From Escherichia coli (lineage in GTDB: Bacteria; Pseudomonadota; Gammaproteobacteria; Enterobacterales; Enterobacteriaceae): a stretch of DNA of 64,000 nucleotides. Positions 9,676 through 19,265 of this stretch are shown one piece after another. The first letter of the stretch is position 1; every line of letters begins with the position of its first letter. The notes below the pieces were generated by a model. The model made no database searches and was not told where the DNA came from. It was given only the letters and a program-made list of their open reading frames with translations. The position numbers were made by a program, and so were the translations under genes. The stretch lies in the NCBI RefSeq assembly GCF_011045215.1, contig NZ_CP049201.1; one strand, written 5' to 3'.

Positions 9676-10413
9676 ATGTCTTCCTCAGTGAAATATTCTC
9701 CGGTTCCGGCGGTCTTAACCCGCCCTGAATCGCTGGCTGAACTGAACCTGCTGATGACCCGGATTGCCAGTGGGTGTCGTGTGGGGCTTCCGGCGTCAGG
9801 TCGTCCGGTCATTGCGGTGCACGGTGGTTATGTTTCATACAGTTCTCCACGCACCGGACATGTTTTTCAGGACGGTTTCCGCCCGGAGACAGTGATGACC
9901 GTCAGTAACCGGGAACGGATGTGTGAATGGTTCAGTCAGGTCTGGCTTCCGTTGCATCTGGCTGCCCTTGAAGGCGATGAGAACGCTTTTTTCAGTGCGG
10001 AGGTCAACATGGTGCGCCGGGAGCTGCAGCGCGTTCCGGGGGATTCAGTGAACTGCATGTGCTGGGCAAGCCTTGCTGCACTGGCATTTGATGCTGAAGA
10101 GCGGGTGGAACGGCAGAAAGGCAATAATGAGAACATCGCAACATATGATGAGAGCATCGCGACATATGCATTCCGTGCTGCCTGCACTGTGAGTCGCTGT
10201 CTGAGCCGGAATGCTTCCGGAGGTATTCCGCGCTCATACCCTGAATGGAAAGCGATTTTGTTTCCCCGTGATGGTGCTGACATTTTCCCCGACGGGTGGC
10301 TGGAAAATATGACCCGTCGGGCTGAACGTGTTTTTACGAGTGCGAAACGTCAGTGTGGAATGCTCTCAGCCAGTCAGGCAGCGCTTTTTTCTCAACGTGT
10401 TGAAACGGAGTAA
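9676..10413 (+). CDS. hypothetical protein (245 aa)
   Basis: Strong RBS (GGAGGTGaaagtATG). Downstream of repeat copy B. Confidence 0.5.
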   Translation: MSSSVKYSPVPAVLTRPESLAELNLLMTRIASGCRVGLPASGRPVIAVHGGYVSYSSPRTGHVFQDGFRPETVMTVSNRERMCEWFSQVWLPLHLAALEGDENAFFSAEVNMVRRELQRVPGDSVNCMCWASLAALAFDAEERVERQKGNNENIATYDESIATYAFRAACTVSRCLSRNASGGIPRSYPEWKAILFPRDGADIFPDGWLENMTRRAERVFTSAKRQCGMLSASQAALFSQRVETE

Positions 10414-10564
10414 AAGGATGAGCCGATTCAATACAGTTCGGGGGAAAGGGGTTACAGAGCCCGTCTTTTTCCGTCATGACCTTTCCGTTACTCAACAGCC
10501 AGAACTGCAGGGGGTATTTCACTTCAGATTCAATGCCGGACGGCAGTTGTTTTTCTGTATTCAT
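10334..10564 (-). CDS. hypothetical small protein (76 aa), third MNTEKQLPSGIE paralog
   Basis: RBS AAAGGA and conserved N-terminal codons inside repeat copy C. Its 3' end overlaps the plus-strand gene 9676..10413 by 80 bp, so one of the two calls may be wrong. Confidence 0.3.
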   Translation of the reverse strand: MNTEKQLPSGIESEVKYPLQFWLLSNGKVMTEKDGLCNPFPPNCIESAHPFTPFQHVEKKALPDWLRAFHTDVSHS

Positions 10565-10760
10565 AAATTTTTTCCTTTAAAACAACTTGTTATGAATGAA
10601 CGAATGCTGTCCGTATCTTCTGACCGGGGGCGGCAAACTCACCGGTCTGAAAACGTACGGACAGTTACCGGGATTTTATTCCCGACAACTGTACGTCCGG
10701 CACCCTTTTTCCTTTTTTCACATAGCCAGGTTTCCGGCAGTCAGAGGGGGAGGGGACACC
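10545..10760. repeat. copy C of the ~200-bp repeated divergent-promoter module
   Basis: Direct alignment with copies A and B; lies immediately upstream of the helicase gene. Confidence 0.8.
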
Positions 10761-12128
10761 ATGGCTGAAATGTCTGTTCTCTGTGCATACGAAGCAGAGC
10801 AGGCCGTTCTGGGCGGTCTGATGCTGGAGAATGAACGCTGGGATGAAGTGGTGCTGATGCTGAGTCCTGACGATTTTTATGTGGCTCCGCACCGGGTCAT
10901 TTTTCGTGCCATGTCTGAACTGGCGGTGAATGGCCAGCCTCTGGACCTGATTACACTGTCAGAACTCCTGGAACATCAGGGCAGGCTGGACGTACTGGGC
11001 GGTTTTGCTTATCTGGCAGAGCTCAGCAAGAACACACCTTCTGCGGCCAACATCATGGCCTATGCAGGCATTGTGGTGGAGAAAAGCGTTCTGCGTCAGT
11101 TACAGGCCACCGGAAACACCCTGATTGCTGATGTGGCGGCACCGAACGCCACATCACGGGACGTGCTGGATACTGCAGAGCGGCGTCTGTTTGCTCTTGC
11201 GCAGAACAGGACGCTCCGGGAGCGCACGGAAGCCTCTCTTTCATCCGCGCTCGATACCGTTCTGCAGCAACTGGAAAGTGTGCTCGGTTCCGGCGGTGTG
11301 ACCGGTACCCCCACGGGATTTGACTGTCTGGATGAAATGACCTGTGGCCTGCAGCCAGGTGACCTGGTCCTGCTGGCTGCCCGTCCGTCAATGGGGAAAA
11401 CCTCTCTGGCACTGTCCATGTGTCTCAGTGCCGCCCTGCGGCGGACGGAAGAGAGCGTTCTGGTATTCAGCATCGAGATGCCGAAGGAGCAACTGATTCT
11501 GCGCATGCTTTCCATGCTGGGACGTGTGGAACTGAATCATCTGCGCAGTGGCAACATGGATGATGAGGACTGGACGAGGGTGTCATCTGCGGTTGGCATG
11601 GCGCTGGGTGACGGAGGCATGGATGCGCTGGGTGAGCGCCTGATAATTGATGACTGCAGCCAGCAGACACCGTCATCGCTGCGTGCCAGTGCCCGCCGTT
11701 ATACCCGCCTGTACGGTAAACCCGCTCTGATTATGGTGGATTATCTGCAGCTGATTCGTGCGCCGGAGCTGGAGAACCGCACCCAGGAAATTGCTGAAAT
11801 TTCCCGTTCCCTGAAAGCGCTGGGGAAGGAGCTGGGATGTCCGGTGCTGGCCCTCTCCCAGCTTAATCGTCAGGTGGAACAGCGTGCAGATAAACGCCCC
11901 AATAACGGTGACCTGCGTGATTCCGGGGCACTGGAGCAGGATGCTGACCTGATTATGTTTATTTACCGCGACGAGGTCTATAACCCCGATTCACTGGCAA
12001 AGGGGGAGGCTGAAATTATTGTCAGCAAGCAGCGTCAGGGGCCCACAGGCACGGTGCGGGTCAGGTTCGACGGTCGTTACACACTGTTTACGCCCTCTGA
12101 AAATGACGGACAGGGAGGATATGCGTGA
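10761..12128 (+). CDS. DnaB-like replicative DNA helicase (ICE-encoded)
   Basis: DnaB N-terminal signature (MAEMSVLCAYEAEQAVLGGLMLENERWDEV...), RecA-like core with Walker A AARPSMGKTSLALS and Walker B LIMVDYLQL. GGGAGG RBS. The ORF-track start at 10596 lies inside the repeat and is unlikely. Confidence 0.85.
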   Translation: MAEMSVLCAYEAEQAVLGGLMLENERWDEVVLMLSPDDFYVAPHRVIFRAMSELAVNGQPLDLITLSELLEHQGRLDVLGGFAYLAELSKNTPSAANIMAYAGIVVEKSVLRQLQATGNTLIADVAAPNATSRDVLDTAERRLFALAQNRTLRERTEASLSSALDTVLQQLESVLGSGGVTGTPTGFDCLDEMTCGLQPGDLVLLAARPSMGKTSLALSMCLSAALRRTEESVLVFSIEMPKEQLILRMLSMLGRVELNHLRSGNMDDEDWTRVSSAVGMALGDGGMDALGERLIIDDCSQQTPSSLRASARRYTRLYGKPALIMVDYLQLIRAPELENRTQEIAEISRSLKALGKELGCPVLALSQLNRQVEQRADKRPNNGDLRDSGALEQDADLIMFIYRDEVYNPDSLAKGEAEIIVSKQRQGPTGTVRVRFDGRYTLFTPSENDGQGGYA

Positions 12129-13804
12129 TGGCACACAAACCACTGAATCTCGGGGCTGCCATTATGCAGCCCGGTCGTCAGGCCAGTGCCGCCGGTAATG
12201 TGGTGGCGCTGGGGGAAACCCCCATGATTCTGACGCTGGACCAGTTGCGTCCGAATCCGGATAACCCGCGCACCACGCGCAATCCGCGTTATGACGACAT
12301 CAAAAACTCCATTCACGCCCGCGGGCTGGATACAGTGCCCAAAGTCACCCGTATGCCGGACAGTGAGCCGGATGTGTATATCTTCAGTGACGGGGGAAAC
12401 ACCCGTTACCAGATACTGACGGAACTCTGGAAAGAAACGGGGGACCCGCGTTTTTACCGTATTCATGTGCTGTTCAAACCCTGGCCGGGACGGCTTCAGT
12501 GTGTGATTGGTCATCTGGCGGAAAATGAAGTTCGCGGTGAACTGACCTTTATTGAGAAGGCACAGGGCATTCACAAGGCAAGACAAATTCATGAGGAACA
12601 ACTCGGCAGAAAAGTTTCCCTTCGTGAACTGGCGGATTTGTTAACCCATGAAGGGTTGCCGGTACACAACTCCACGATCAGCAGAATGGAGGATGCCCTG
12701 AAATATCTGTACCCCTGGATCCCCGACCTGATGGAGTCAGGACTGGGGCGACATCAGATTACGGCACTGCTGGCACTTCGTCAGGACGCAGAGCGTGTCT
12801 GGGGACAGTTTGCGCTGACGTCCGGCACGGACGCGGAATTTGACCGCGTGTTCGGGGAAAGCTGCCGGAAGTTTAATTCGCCGGAGCTGTGGTCACTGGA
12901 GATGTTTCGGGATGAGCTGATTGGAGATTTGTTGCAGGCGCTGCCACATCCCTCCCTGGACTATGACCGGTGGCTGTTGGAGCTGGATCCGAAAGAGCGG
13001 AACCGTCGTCACCATTTTGGTGAGCCGGAACCGGTGGTGGTACCGCCGTCAGTCCGTGACAGTGGCACAGGGCAGTCCGGTGCACCGGTATCCCGTATCC
13101 GGCCGGAGGTACCGGAAATCTCTGCCCCTGATACTGAGCCCGGACAGCATGATGTTGCCCGACCGGAGAACGCTGTTTCTGACACAGGCCTCACTGAAAA
13201 ATGCGGGTTTCCTTCCCCGGAGGAGACTGCAGACAGAGCGCCTTCTTCTGCCGGGAAAGTCCGGCGTTCAGAGATGCAGCCGGATATGTACGGCGGTGAG
13301 CCGGTCTTCAGCGGTGATGCTGTGGACGCGGGGATTGCCGGGGCCGCTGTGCCATCCGTTATGACCGGCGATACAGTGCCGTCCGGAACACCTGATGTAC
13401 TTCCCGTGTCTGTGACGCATTTTGCTGAAGGACGGGATGATATCGAGCATCTGCAGAATGAGGCCTTCCGGCTGGCATGGGAACTGGCTGAATCTGCCGG
13501 CTGTGCTGAAGAAATTGCCATGGACAGAGAAAGTGACCTGTCGGCTGGTTTCGGGACTGCAGAGGAGAAATGTTCGCCGGTGACGGCATTTCTGATGGGG
13601 CTGACCGGCGATGCGCCGCTGACAGTGTCTCCCGTCAGTCTGACAGACCTGCTGACAGGCGGCAGTGCGCCGGAAGCATGGCCACTGCTGGATGATGAAC
13701 ATGCCGTGAAGCTGCTGCGTCTTCTGAGTGTGCTGCGCCGTCTGCGCGCCCTGCAGCGCAGTGTGTTACCCGAAGATGATGAGGAGGATGAAAGTGATGA
13801 GTGA
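12128..13804 (+). CDS. ParB-like nuclease-domain protein with long low-complexity C-terminus
   Basis: N-terminal ParB/Srx-like region (LDQLRPNPDNPRTTRNPRYDDIKNSI...DGGNTRYQIL). Start overlaps the helicase stop (ATGA), suggesting coupling. Confidence 0.75.
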   Translation: MAHKPLNLGAAIMQPGRQASAAGNVVALGETPMILTLDQLRPNPDNPRTTRNPRYDDIKNSIHARGLDTVPKVTRMPDSEPDVYIFSDGGNTRYQILTELWKETGDPRFYRIHVLFKPWPGRLQCVIGHLAENEVRGELTFIEKAQGIHKARQIHEEQLGRKVSLRELADLLTHEGLPVHNSTISRMEDALKYLYPWIPDLMESGLGRHQITALLALRQDAERVWGQFALTSGTDAEFDRVFGESCRKFNSPELWSLEMFRDELIGDLLQALPHPSLDYDRWLLELDPKERNRRHHFGEPEPVVVPPSVRDSGTGQSGAPVSRIRPEVPEISAPDTEPGQHDVARPENAVSDTGLTEKCGFPSPEETADRAPSSAGKVRRSEMQPDMYGGEPVFSGDAVDAGIAGAAVPSVMTGDTVPSGTPDVLPVSVTHFAEGRDDIEHLQNEAFRLAWELAESAGCAEEIAMDRESDLSAGFGTAEEKCSPVTAFLMGLTGDAPLTVSPVSLTDLLTGGSAPEAWPLLDDEHAVKLLRLLSVLRRLRALQRSVLPEDDEEDESDE

Positions 13805-14522
13805 TATGCCGCATCAGGAGCGTCTGGTCAGACGGGTCAGGAAACTGCTGGAGCTGAGTCGCAATAACAGTAATGCCCATGAGGCCGGGCTGGCGCTTGC
13901 AAGGGCGCAACAGCTGATGGCGAAACACGGTATCACGGAGCAGGATGCCGGACTTTCTTCGGTGCAGACGTCTTCATCACAGGGGGCACCTTCTGAGGCT
14001 GAAAAAGTTCCGGCGTGGATGTTTCGTCTGGTCATGGTGGTGTCACAGACATTTGGCTGCAGGGCGTATTACGACTGGCGGTTGATGCCCGGTGGCAGGT
14101 ATCGCCGGTGTGTGACGTTTTACGGTTTCAGTGAACGTCCTCAGGTGGCGGCTTATGCGTTTGATGTTCTGTGCCGCCAGTTGAGGGACGCAACGGATGC
14201 GTATCTCCGTACACAGAGCCGGCGGCTGAAACTGAGCACCCGCCGCGCCCGGGCCGCTCAGTTCCGCGATGGCTGGGTTCAGGGCGTTCGTCAGGTGGTG
14301 ATGCCATTCAGTGTGACAGAAGAGGAAAGCCGGCTGATGCGCCTCTGGCTGGAGCAGCAGGAGATGGAGACGGTGGACCCCCGGGAGGTGAAAGCCTGTC
14401 GCGGCGGTGACCAGGCCCGCTGGCAGGGGTATGAGGCCGGGAAAAATGCCTTACTGCATCATGGTGTGGGGGGAACAGCCCGCCAGATGGTGCCGGGGCT
14501 GATGATACGGGAGGCGTCATGA
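13797..14522 (+). CDS. conserved ICE protein (DUF2786-like N-terminal motif)
   Basis: GAGGAGGA RBS 8 nt upstream; overlaps the ParB-like stop. Motif KLLELSRNNSNAHEAGLALARAQQLMAKHG. Family assignment is from memory. Confidence 0.55.
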   Translation: MSDMPHQERLVRRVRKLLELSRNNSNAHEAGLALARAQQLMAKHGITEQDAGLSSVQTSSSQGAPSEAEKVPAWMFRLVMVVSQTFGCRAYYDWRLMPGGRYRRCVTFYGFSERPQVAAYAFDVLCRQLRDATDAYLRTQSRRLKLSTRRARAAQFRDGWVQGVRQVVMPFSVTEEESRLMRLWLEQQEMETVDPREVKACRGGDQARWQGYEAGKNALLHHGVGGTARQMVPGLMIREAS

Positions 14523-15097
14523 ATAACAGCTTATCTCAGGCAACCAACGGTCTGCTGATGCAACTGGTGATGGACCTCAGGAGCGGCTATCTGCGTCGCT
14601 GTGAATCTCTGGGACTGGCCCGGGAGGAAATGCAGATGCTGCAGGGACTGACCATTGAGGAAATCCATTACCTGTCTAACTCGGAAGTGTCGGTTATCCG
14701 GCTGGACATTAATCATGAAAACCTGCTGCGAATGCTGCAGCAGGCCCGGACGGAGCAGAAACGTCTGCAGCGCATTGACCGTGCCCTGGCGCTGGGTGGT
14801 TCCATTGAGCTGATGGCGTTTTACTTTGGACTTTCCAGTGTGGATGTTGCGGCGCGCCGGCGCATTGCCGGTATTGATGTTCGTCCGGGACGTGGTGTCA
14901 CGCTGAGCGATGAGGAAAGTGCAGAGCTGTGGCGGTTATGGCAGAAGGCGGGCATCACGGATGTGGAGAGTGCGGACGGACTGGATGTCATGATGCTGGC
15001 TGCGGAGCAGATGAATATCCCGCTGACGGCTATCTGGCATGCAGTAAGGGGTTGGTGCGCTGACCGGCAGACGGAGCCGGTAAGGAATGCGTCATGA
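14519..15097 (+). CDS. conserved ICE protein (192 aa); resembles SPI-7/PAPI-1 replication-region proteins
   Basis: Overlaps the upstream stop. Synteny with the helicase/ParB block. Confidence 0.5.
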   Translation: MNNSLSQATNGLLMQLVMDLRSGYLRRCESLGLAREEMQMLQGLTIEEIHYLSNSEVSVIRLDINHENLLRMLQQARTEQKRLQRIDRALALGGSIELMAFYFGLSSVDVAARRRIAGIDVRPGRGVTLSDEESAELWRLWQKAGITDVESADGLDVMMLAAEQMNIPLTAIWHAVRGWCADRQTEPVRNAS

Positions 15098-15342
15098 AAA
15101 TGACAGAGCTGGCACCGGGCATTCTGGCCAGCCCGTGCGTTCCGCCGGCCTGCTGTCGTAAGGCGGTTCAGATGGTCATTCTGTTCCGGCAGGGTGTGCG
15201 TAATTACCGGCAACTGAATGACCGGGGGACCCGTTATTACAAGATAAACGTCGGACGTGCCTGGCGTCTGCTGAGCCGTAACCGGGGAGAGACCTGGGAA
15301 CTGCTCAGTCATGAGCGTTACAACAGCGCCAGACGTAAATGA
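15094..15342 (+). CDS. hypothetical small protein (82 aa)
   Basis: Translationally coupled ORF in the same operon. Confidence 0.4.
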   Translation: MKMTELAPGILASPCVPPACCRKAVQMVILFRQGVRNYRQLNDRGTRYYKINVGRAWRLLSRNRGETWELLSHERYNSARRK

Positions 15343-15415
15343 AGCGTGCAGGCCGGACCGGAGTATCGGGGCCGGCCCTGTTGACGACAGGGTATTGCAC
15401 AGGAAATTGATTCCC

Positions 15416-15691
15416 ATGAATGAGCTTAGCTGGAAGGCGTTAAGTAAGGCGGTAAAAAGATATCAGGATGTGCTGTCGTGGAGTCGTTCAGACAGACACA
15501 GTCCGGGCGCTGAGCGGGAATTAGCTGCTGCAGCCGGAAATATCAGGAAGGCCATTGGTGATCAGGAAATTGACGTGATTGTGGAACTGGTGACGGAACT
15601 GGAAGATGCAGAATGGAGAATTACAGTATACGGCACCCTCTTATTATGGACGTGGGCATTAATCGCCCTGTACATCCTGTATTACCGGTGA
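15416..15691 (+). CDS. hypothetical small protein (91 aa), paralog of the next gene
   Basis: Shares the motif YQALREVAQNYQSTLAW / WKALSKAVKRYQDVLSW with 15706..16134. Hydrophobic C-terminus. Confidence 0.45.
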   Translation: MNELSWKALSKAVKRYQDVLSWSRSDRHSPGAERELAAAAGNIRKAIGDQEIDVIVELVTELEDAEWRITVYGTLLLWTWALIALYILYYR

Positions 15692-15705
15692 ACAGGAGAC
15701 AACCA

Positions 15706-16134
15706 ATGAACAGTATTCATTATCAGGCACTGCGTGAAGTTGCACAAAACTATCAGTCGACGCTGGCGTGGTATCAGGCTATCCCGGATAGCCCAAACGC
15801 TGAGGTTGATTGTGATGAGGCTTTGGCTGCGTTTAAGCGTCAAATCCGTCACAGGGAAGTGGATATTATCGCCGATCTGCTGGATGAACTGGAAGCCGCA
15901 AAAAAGCGTATTGCGGAACTGGAGGAAGAGAAAGAAACGTTGCGTCCGGTTGGTGTTATGAGCAGGAGAGCATTTTGGCGGCTTGAGAATAGAGGACCAC
16001 GATTTATTGCACTCTGGCCCGGACCGGGAATATACCTGCTGCGTAAACGTCCTGATGATGGCGTTATTGTTTACGCCAGAACTGACGCCGGCATTGGCGT
16101 GAAGCAGCAAAATGACGCAGGGATTAAGGATTAA
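15706..16134 (+). CDS. hypothetical protein (142 aa), paralog of the previous gene
   Basis: AGGAG RBS; coiled-coil-like segment ELEAAKKRIAELEEEKE. Confidence 0.5.
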   Translation: MNSIHYQALREVAQNYQSTLAWYQAIPDSPNAEVDCDEALAAFKRQIRHREVDIIADLLDELEAAKKRIAELEEEKETLRPVGVMSRRAFWRLENRGPRFIALWPGPGIYLLRKRPDDGVIVYARTDAGIGVKQQNDAGIKD

Positions 16135-16237
16135 TCGAAAGTGTTCAGCCAGCCCCCTGCATCCAGCAGGGGGCTGTAATAAGCATTTTTGTACCGGATA
16201 AAAAGCGGCGATATTGCCGCTACTGAATGAGGTGATT

Positions 16238-17482
16238 ATGGCGTTACCTGCGGAAAGCCTGATTGCGTATACCCTGGAAAAAATGAAGCACCGTATGACC
16301 ACCGGAGCCCGGAAGGAGGAGGGGCGAATACGCAGCGGACTGTTGTTCACCGGCAATGTGCACGATGCCATTCCGCGTCGTCTGTTGCTGGATACGCGTC
16401 TTTCACCGCTGGACAAGATGGCATGGATGATGATCCGGCTGTATGCGCAGAATAATGAGGGGGCCATTTTTCCTACTTACGATGAACTGCAACTGCAGCT
16501 GGCATCGCCGGGAAAGGGAAAAGCTTCCAGAGAAACCGTCAGCCGGGTATTGCTGATGTTGCGGATCACGGGCTGGCTGAGCCTGTGTAAACGGGTACGT
16601 GATGATAAAGGCCGGGTTCGGGGAAACATTTACGCCCAGCATGACGAGCCCCTGACGTTCTGCGATGCAGAGGCGATGGATCCGCGTTATCTGGATATAG
16701 TGGCAGAAGCCTGTATGAGCCGGAACCGGACCATCAGTCAGACGGCACGGGATATTCTTTGTGAAATAAAAAATGATCCGGGAATGCGTCACTATCACAG
16801 CCATATCAGTCAGCTGGAAGCCCGGATAGGAAGTGCCCAGACACCGGGGCAGATGGCTGCCCGTCAGCGGGTGACAGAGGACAGAATGCGGCCGGGTTCG
16901 GAAACCGAACCAGTGGTGAGAACACTGAGTTCGGCACCGGAAAAGCTGAGTTCGGAAACCGAACCGGGTAAAAAAATGGGGCAAAAAAGACAGAGTTCGG
17001 ATCCCGAACCATCAGGAAAATCAGCAGGTTATCACAGAGTCCGGGAACCGAACCATTACGTACGTAATATCACACACAGTGTGATTAAAAACACGTACGT
17101 ACTGCCGGCGTCGCTGACGGGGCAAATCAGGGAGGAAGATGCCATCATGCTGACTAGTCAGTTGCAGGCGTTGCCGGAAGCGCTGGCACAGGGGGTGCTG
17201 GAAAGCCTGTCAGGGATGCTGGGCAGTCAGTCACTGCAGAACCCGGTGGGCTGGCTGCTTGCAGTGCTGAAGCGTGCCCGGGAGGGAAATTTTTATCCAC
17301 CGAAACAGAAACAGCGCGTCGCTGCATCAGCCACCATACAGGCGGGAGCGGGAGGGCGCACCACTTCGCAGCCTGTTGTCACCCGGAAACGTACAGAACC
17401 CATTTCAGCAGAACGTCTGAGTGGCATTGTGGCAGGACTACGGGCCTCCCTTCGCAACCGTCCTGCGATGAGAGCCCGGTGA
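16238..17482 (+). CDS. putative ICE replication-initiation-associated protein (414 aa)
   Basis: GAGGTG RBS. Large conserved ORF immediately upstream of the iteron array; basic Gly/Ser/Pro-rich C-terminal half. Function inferred from synteny. Confidence 0.5.
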   Translation: MALPAESLIAYTLEKMKHRMTTGARKEEGRIRSGLLFTGNVHDAIPRRLLLDTRLSPLDKMAWMMIRLYAQNNEGAIFPTYDELQLQLASPGKGKASRETVSRVLLMLRITGWLSLCKRVRDDKGRVRGNIYAQHDEPLTFCDAEAMDPRYLDIVAEACMSRNRTISQTARDILCEIKNDPGMRHYHSHISQLEARIGSAQTPGQMAARQRVTEDRMRPGSETEPVVRTLSSAPEKLSSETEPGKKMGQKRQSSDPEPSGKSAGYHRVREPNHYVRNITHSVIKNTYVLPASLTGQIREEDAIMLTSQLQALPEALAQGVLESLSGMLGSQSLQNPVGWLLAVLKRAREGNFYPPKQKQRVAASATIQAGAGGRTTSQPVVTRKRTEPISAERLSGIVAGLRASLRNRPAMRAR

Positions 17483-17502
17483 TGGCGTTGTGATTCACGT
17501 TC

Positions 17503-18090
17503 ACAGAGAGCAAAAATCAACCAGTGCTGCCAGTGGCAGCATAGAGCAAAAATTAGCCAGTGCTGCTCGGGGCAGCATAGAGCAAAAATTAGCCAGTGCT
17601 GCCCGGGGCAGCATAGAGCAAAAATCAGCCAGTGCTGCCCGGGGCAGCATAGAGCAAAAATCAGCCAGTGCTGCCCGGAGCAGCATAGAGCAAAAATTAG
17701 CCAGTGCTGCCCGGGGCAGCATAGAGCAAAAATTAAGCAGTGCTGCCCGGGGCAGCATAGAGCAAAAATTAGCCAGTGCTGCCCGGGGCAGCATAGAGCA
17801 AAAATCAGCCAGTGCTGCCCGGGGCAGCATAGAGCAAAAATTAAGCAGTGCTGCCCGGGGCAGCATAGAGCAAAAATTAGCCAGTGCTGCCCGGGGCAGC
17901 ATAGAGCAAAAATCAGCCAGTGCTGCCCGGGGCAGCATAGAGCAAAAATCAGCCAGTACTGCCCGGAGCAGCATAGAGGAAAAATTAGTCAGTGCTGCCC
18001 GGGGCAGCATAGAGCAAAAATTAGGCAGTGCAGCCCGGGACAGCATAGAGTGAAAATTAGCCAGTGCTGCCAGTGTCACCAAAGAACAAA
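17503..18090. repeat. tandem array of about 15-16 copies of a 36-bp unit (iteron-like; candidate vegetative origin)
   Basis: Unit GCAGCATAGAGCAAAAATTAGCCAGTGCTGCCCGGG repeated head-to-tail with few substitutions (TTAGCC/TCAGCC/TTAAGC). Each unit holds a 7-bp palindrome GCTGCCC-G-GGGCAGC. The periodicity creates artefactual repetitive ORFs on both strands. Confidence 0.85.
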
Positions 18091-18354
18091 AATTATGCTG
18101 CGTCAGCAGCATGGAAGGCGGCGGCACTGAATATCCTGAAACATCTGACGGTAAACCGCCGAAGCCCGGCGTCAGCCGGAAACGTCCTGACAGGATGCAG
18201 TGCTCTCCCCGGCCCTGCCAGACCCTGTTTGTTTCAGGAAAAAGCCTGTGTCACATAAAAGAACCGGAGTACAGAGGTAAAACAGAATACTTGCCGCCGT
18301 TTTTTCCGTCAGTATACTTTTTCGTGCTGAAATTCTGGCTAAGGAAAGATTTTT

Positions 18355-19101
18355 ATGACAAATATTAAAATTCTGGCATTCAGTGTGCTGGCAGCCTTTT
18401 CAGTGGGTGCCGCGCATGCGGAAAGTACGCTGACAGTGGGGGCCGGGGTCGGCGTTGTTGAACAATCCTATAAAGGGTATGACGCAAAGGCTTACCTGAT
18501 CCCTGCGGTTTCTTATGACAGTGATTATTTCTGGTTCCGGGGGCTGGGCGGGGGCTTTTATCTGTGGAATGACAGTGCGGATACGCTTTCTGTGACGGCA
18601 TACTGGGCACCGATGTATTTTAAACCGGATGACAGTAATGACCATCAGTTACGTCTGCTGGATGAGCGTAAAAGCACACTGATGGCGGGGATATCCTGGT
18701 CTCATAATACGCCATATGGTTTCCTGCGCACGGGGCTTGCTGCGGATGTACTGGATAACAGTAATGGTGTTGTTGGTGATGTGGCGTGGTTATACCGTTA
18801 TGTGAATGGTGGATTCACCCTGACACCGGGGATTGGTGTGGAGTGGAGCAGCCAGAAACAGAACGACTATTATTATGGCGTATCGCGTCGTGAATCTGCG
18901 CGCAGCGGTCTGGAGCGGTATAAAGCGGATAATGGCTGGTCACCTTACCTTGAAATCAGTGCAAATTACACCTTTGCCGGCAACTGGGGGATCTACGGAA
19001 CCGCACGTTACAGCCGCTTATCTGATGAAGTTAAAAACTCTCCCATGGTGGATAAGTCATGGGATGGACTGTTTTCCACCGGGATCACTTATCGTTTCTG
19101 A
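18355..19101 (+). CDS. MipA/OmpV-family outer-membrane protein
   Basis: Signal peptide (MTNIKILAFSVLAAFSVGAAHA), beta-barrel-like alternating pattern, C-terminal aromatic residue (ITYRF). Confidence 0.75.
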   Translation: MTNIKILAFSVLAAFSVGAAHAESTLTVGAGVGVVEQSYKGYDAKAYLIPAVSYDSDYFWFRGLGGGFYLWNDSADTLSVTAYWAPMYFKPDDSNDHQLRLLDERKSTLMAGISWSHNTPYGFLRTGLAADVLDNSNGVVGDVAWLYRYVNGGFTLTPGIGVEWSSQKQNDYYYGVSRRESARSGLERYKADNGWSPYLEISANYTFAGNWGIYGTARYSRLSDEVKNSPMVDKSWDGLFSTGITYRF

Positions 19102-19265
19102 TATCGGTATGATCTGATGCTCACCGGTGCCGGATCATGGGCACCGGTGTACTGAACTTCCCTTTCTTCCCCATTTTTCTGTGGCCTGAATCTGGTTTTC
19201 TGTTGTTCCTTCTGCGCTTCGTCCTGACGATCTCACTTTATCCCTGATTGTTATAAGGAACTGAT

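Noticed and set aside
9026-9691. 221-aa plus-strand ORF
   Set aside because: Spans repeat copy B and overlaps better-supported genes on both strands; the translation crosses the conserved non-coding core.
12873-13702. Several overlapping ORFs on both strands in the ParB-like gene's 3' half
   Set aside because: This part of the gene encodes a low-complexity Pro/Ser/Ala/Asp-rich tail; alternative frames are open by composition only.
17490-18127. ORFs 17490..18053 (+) and 17501..18127 (-) encoding repetitive proteins, and a possible CRISPR array
   Set aside because: Both open frames are a by-product of a 36-bp (12-codon) DNA repeat. There are no unique spacers between repeats, so it is not CRISPR-like, and there is no convincing RBS. 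Treated as a DNA iteron array.
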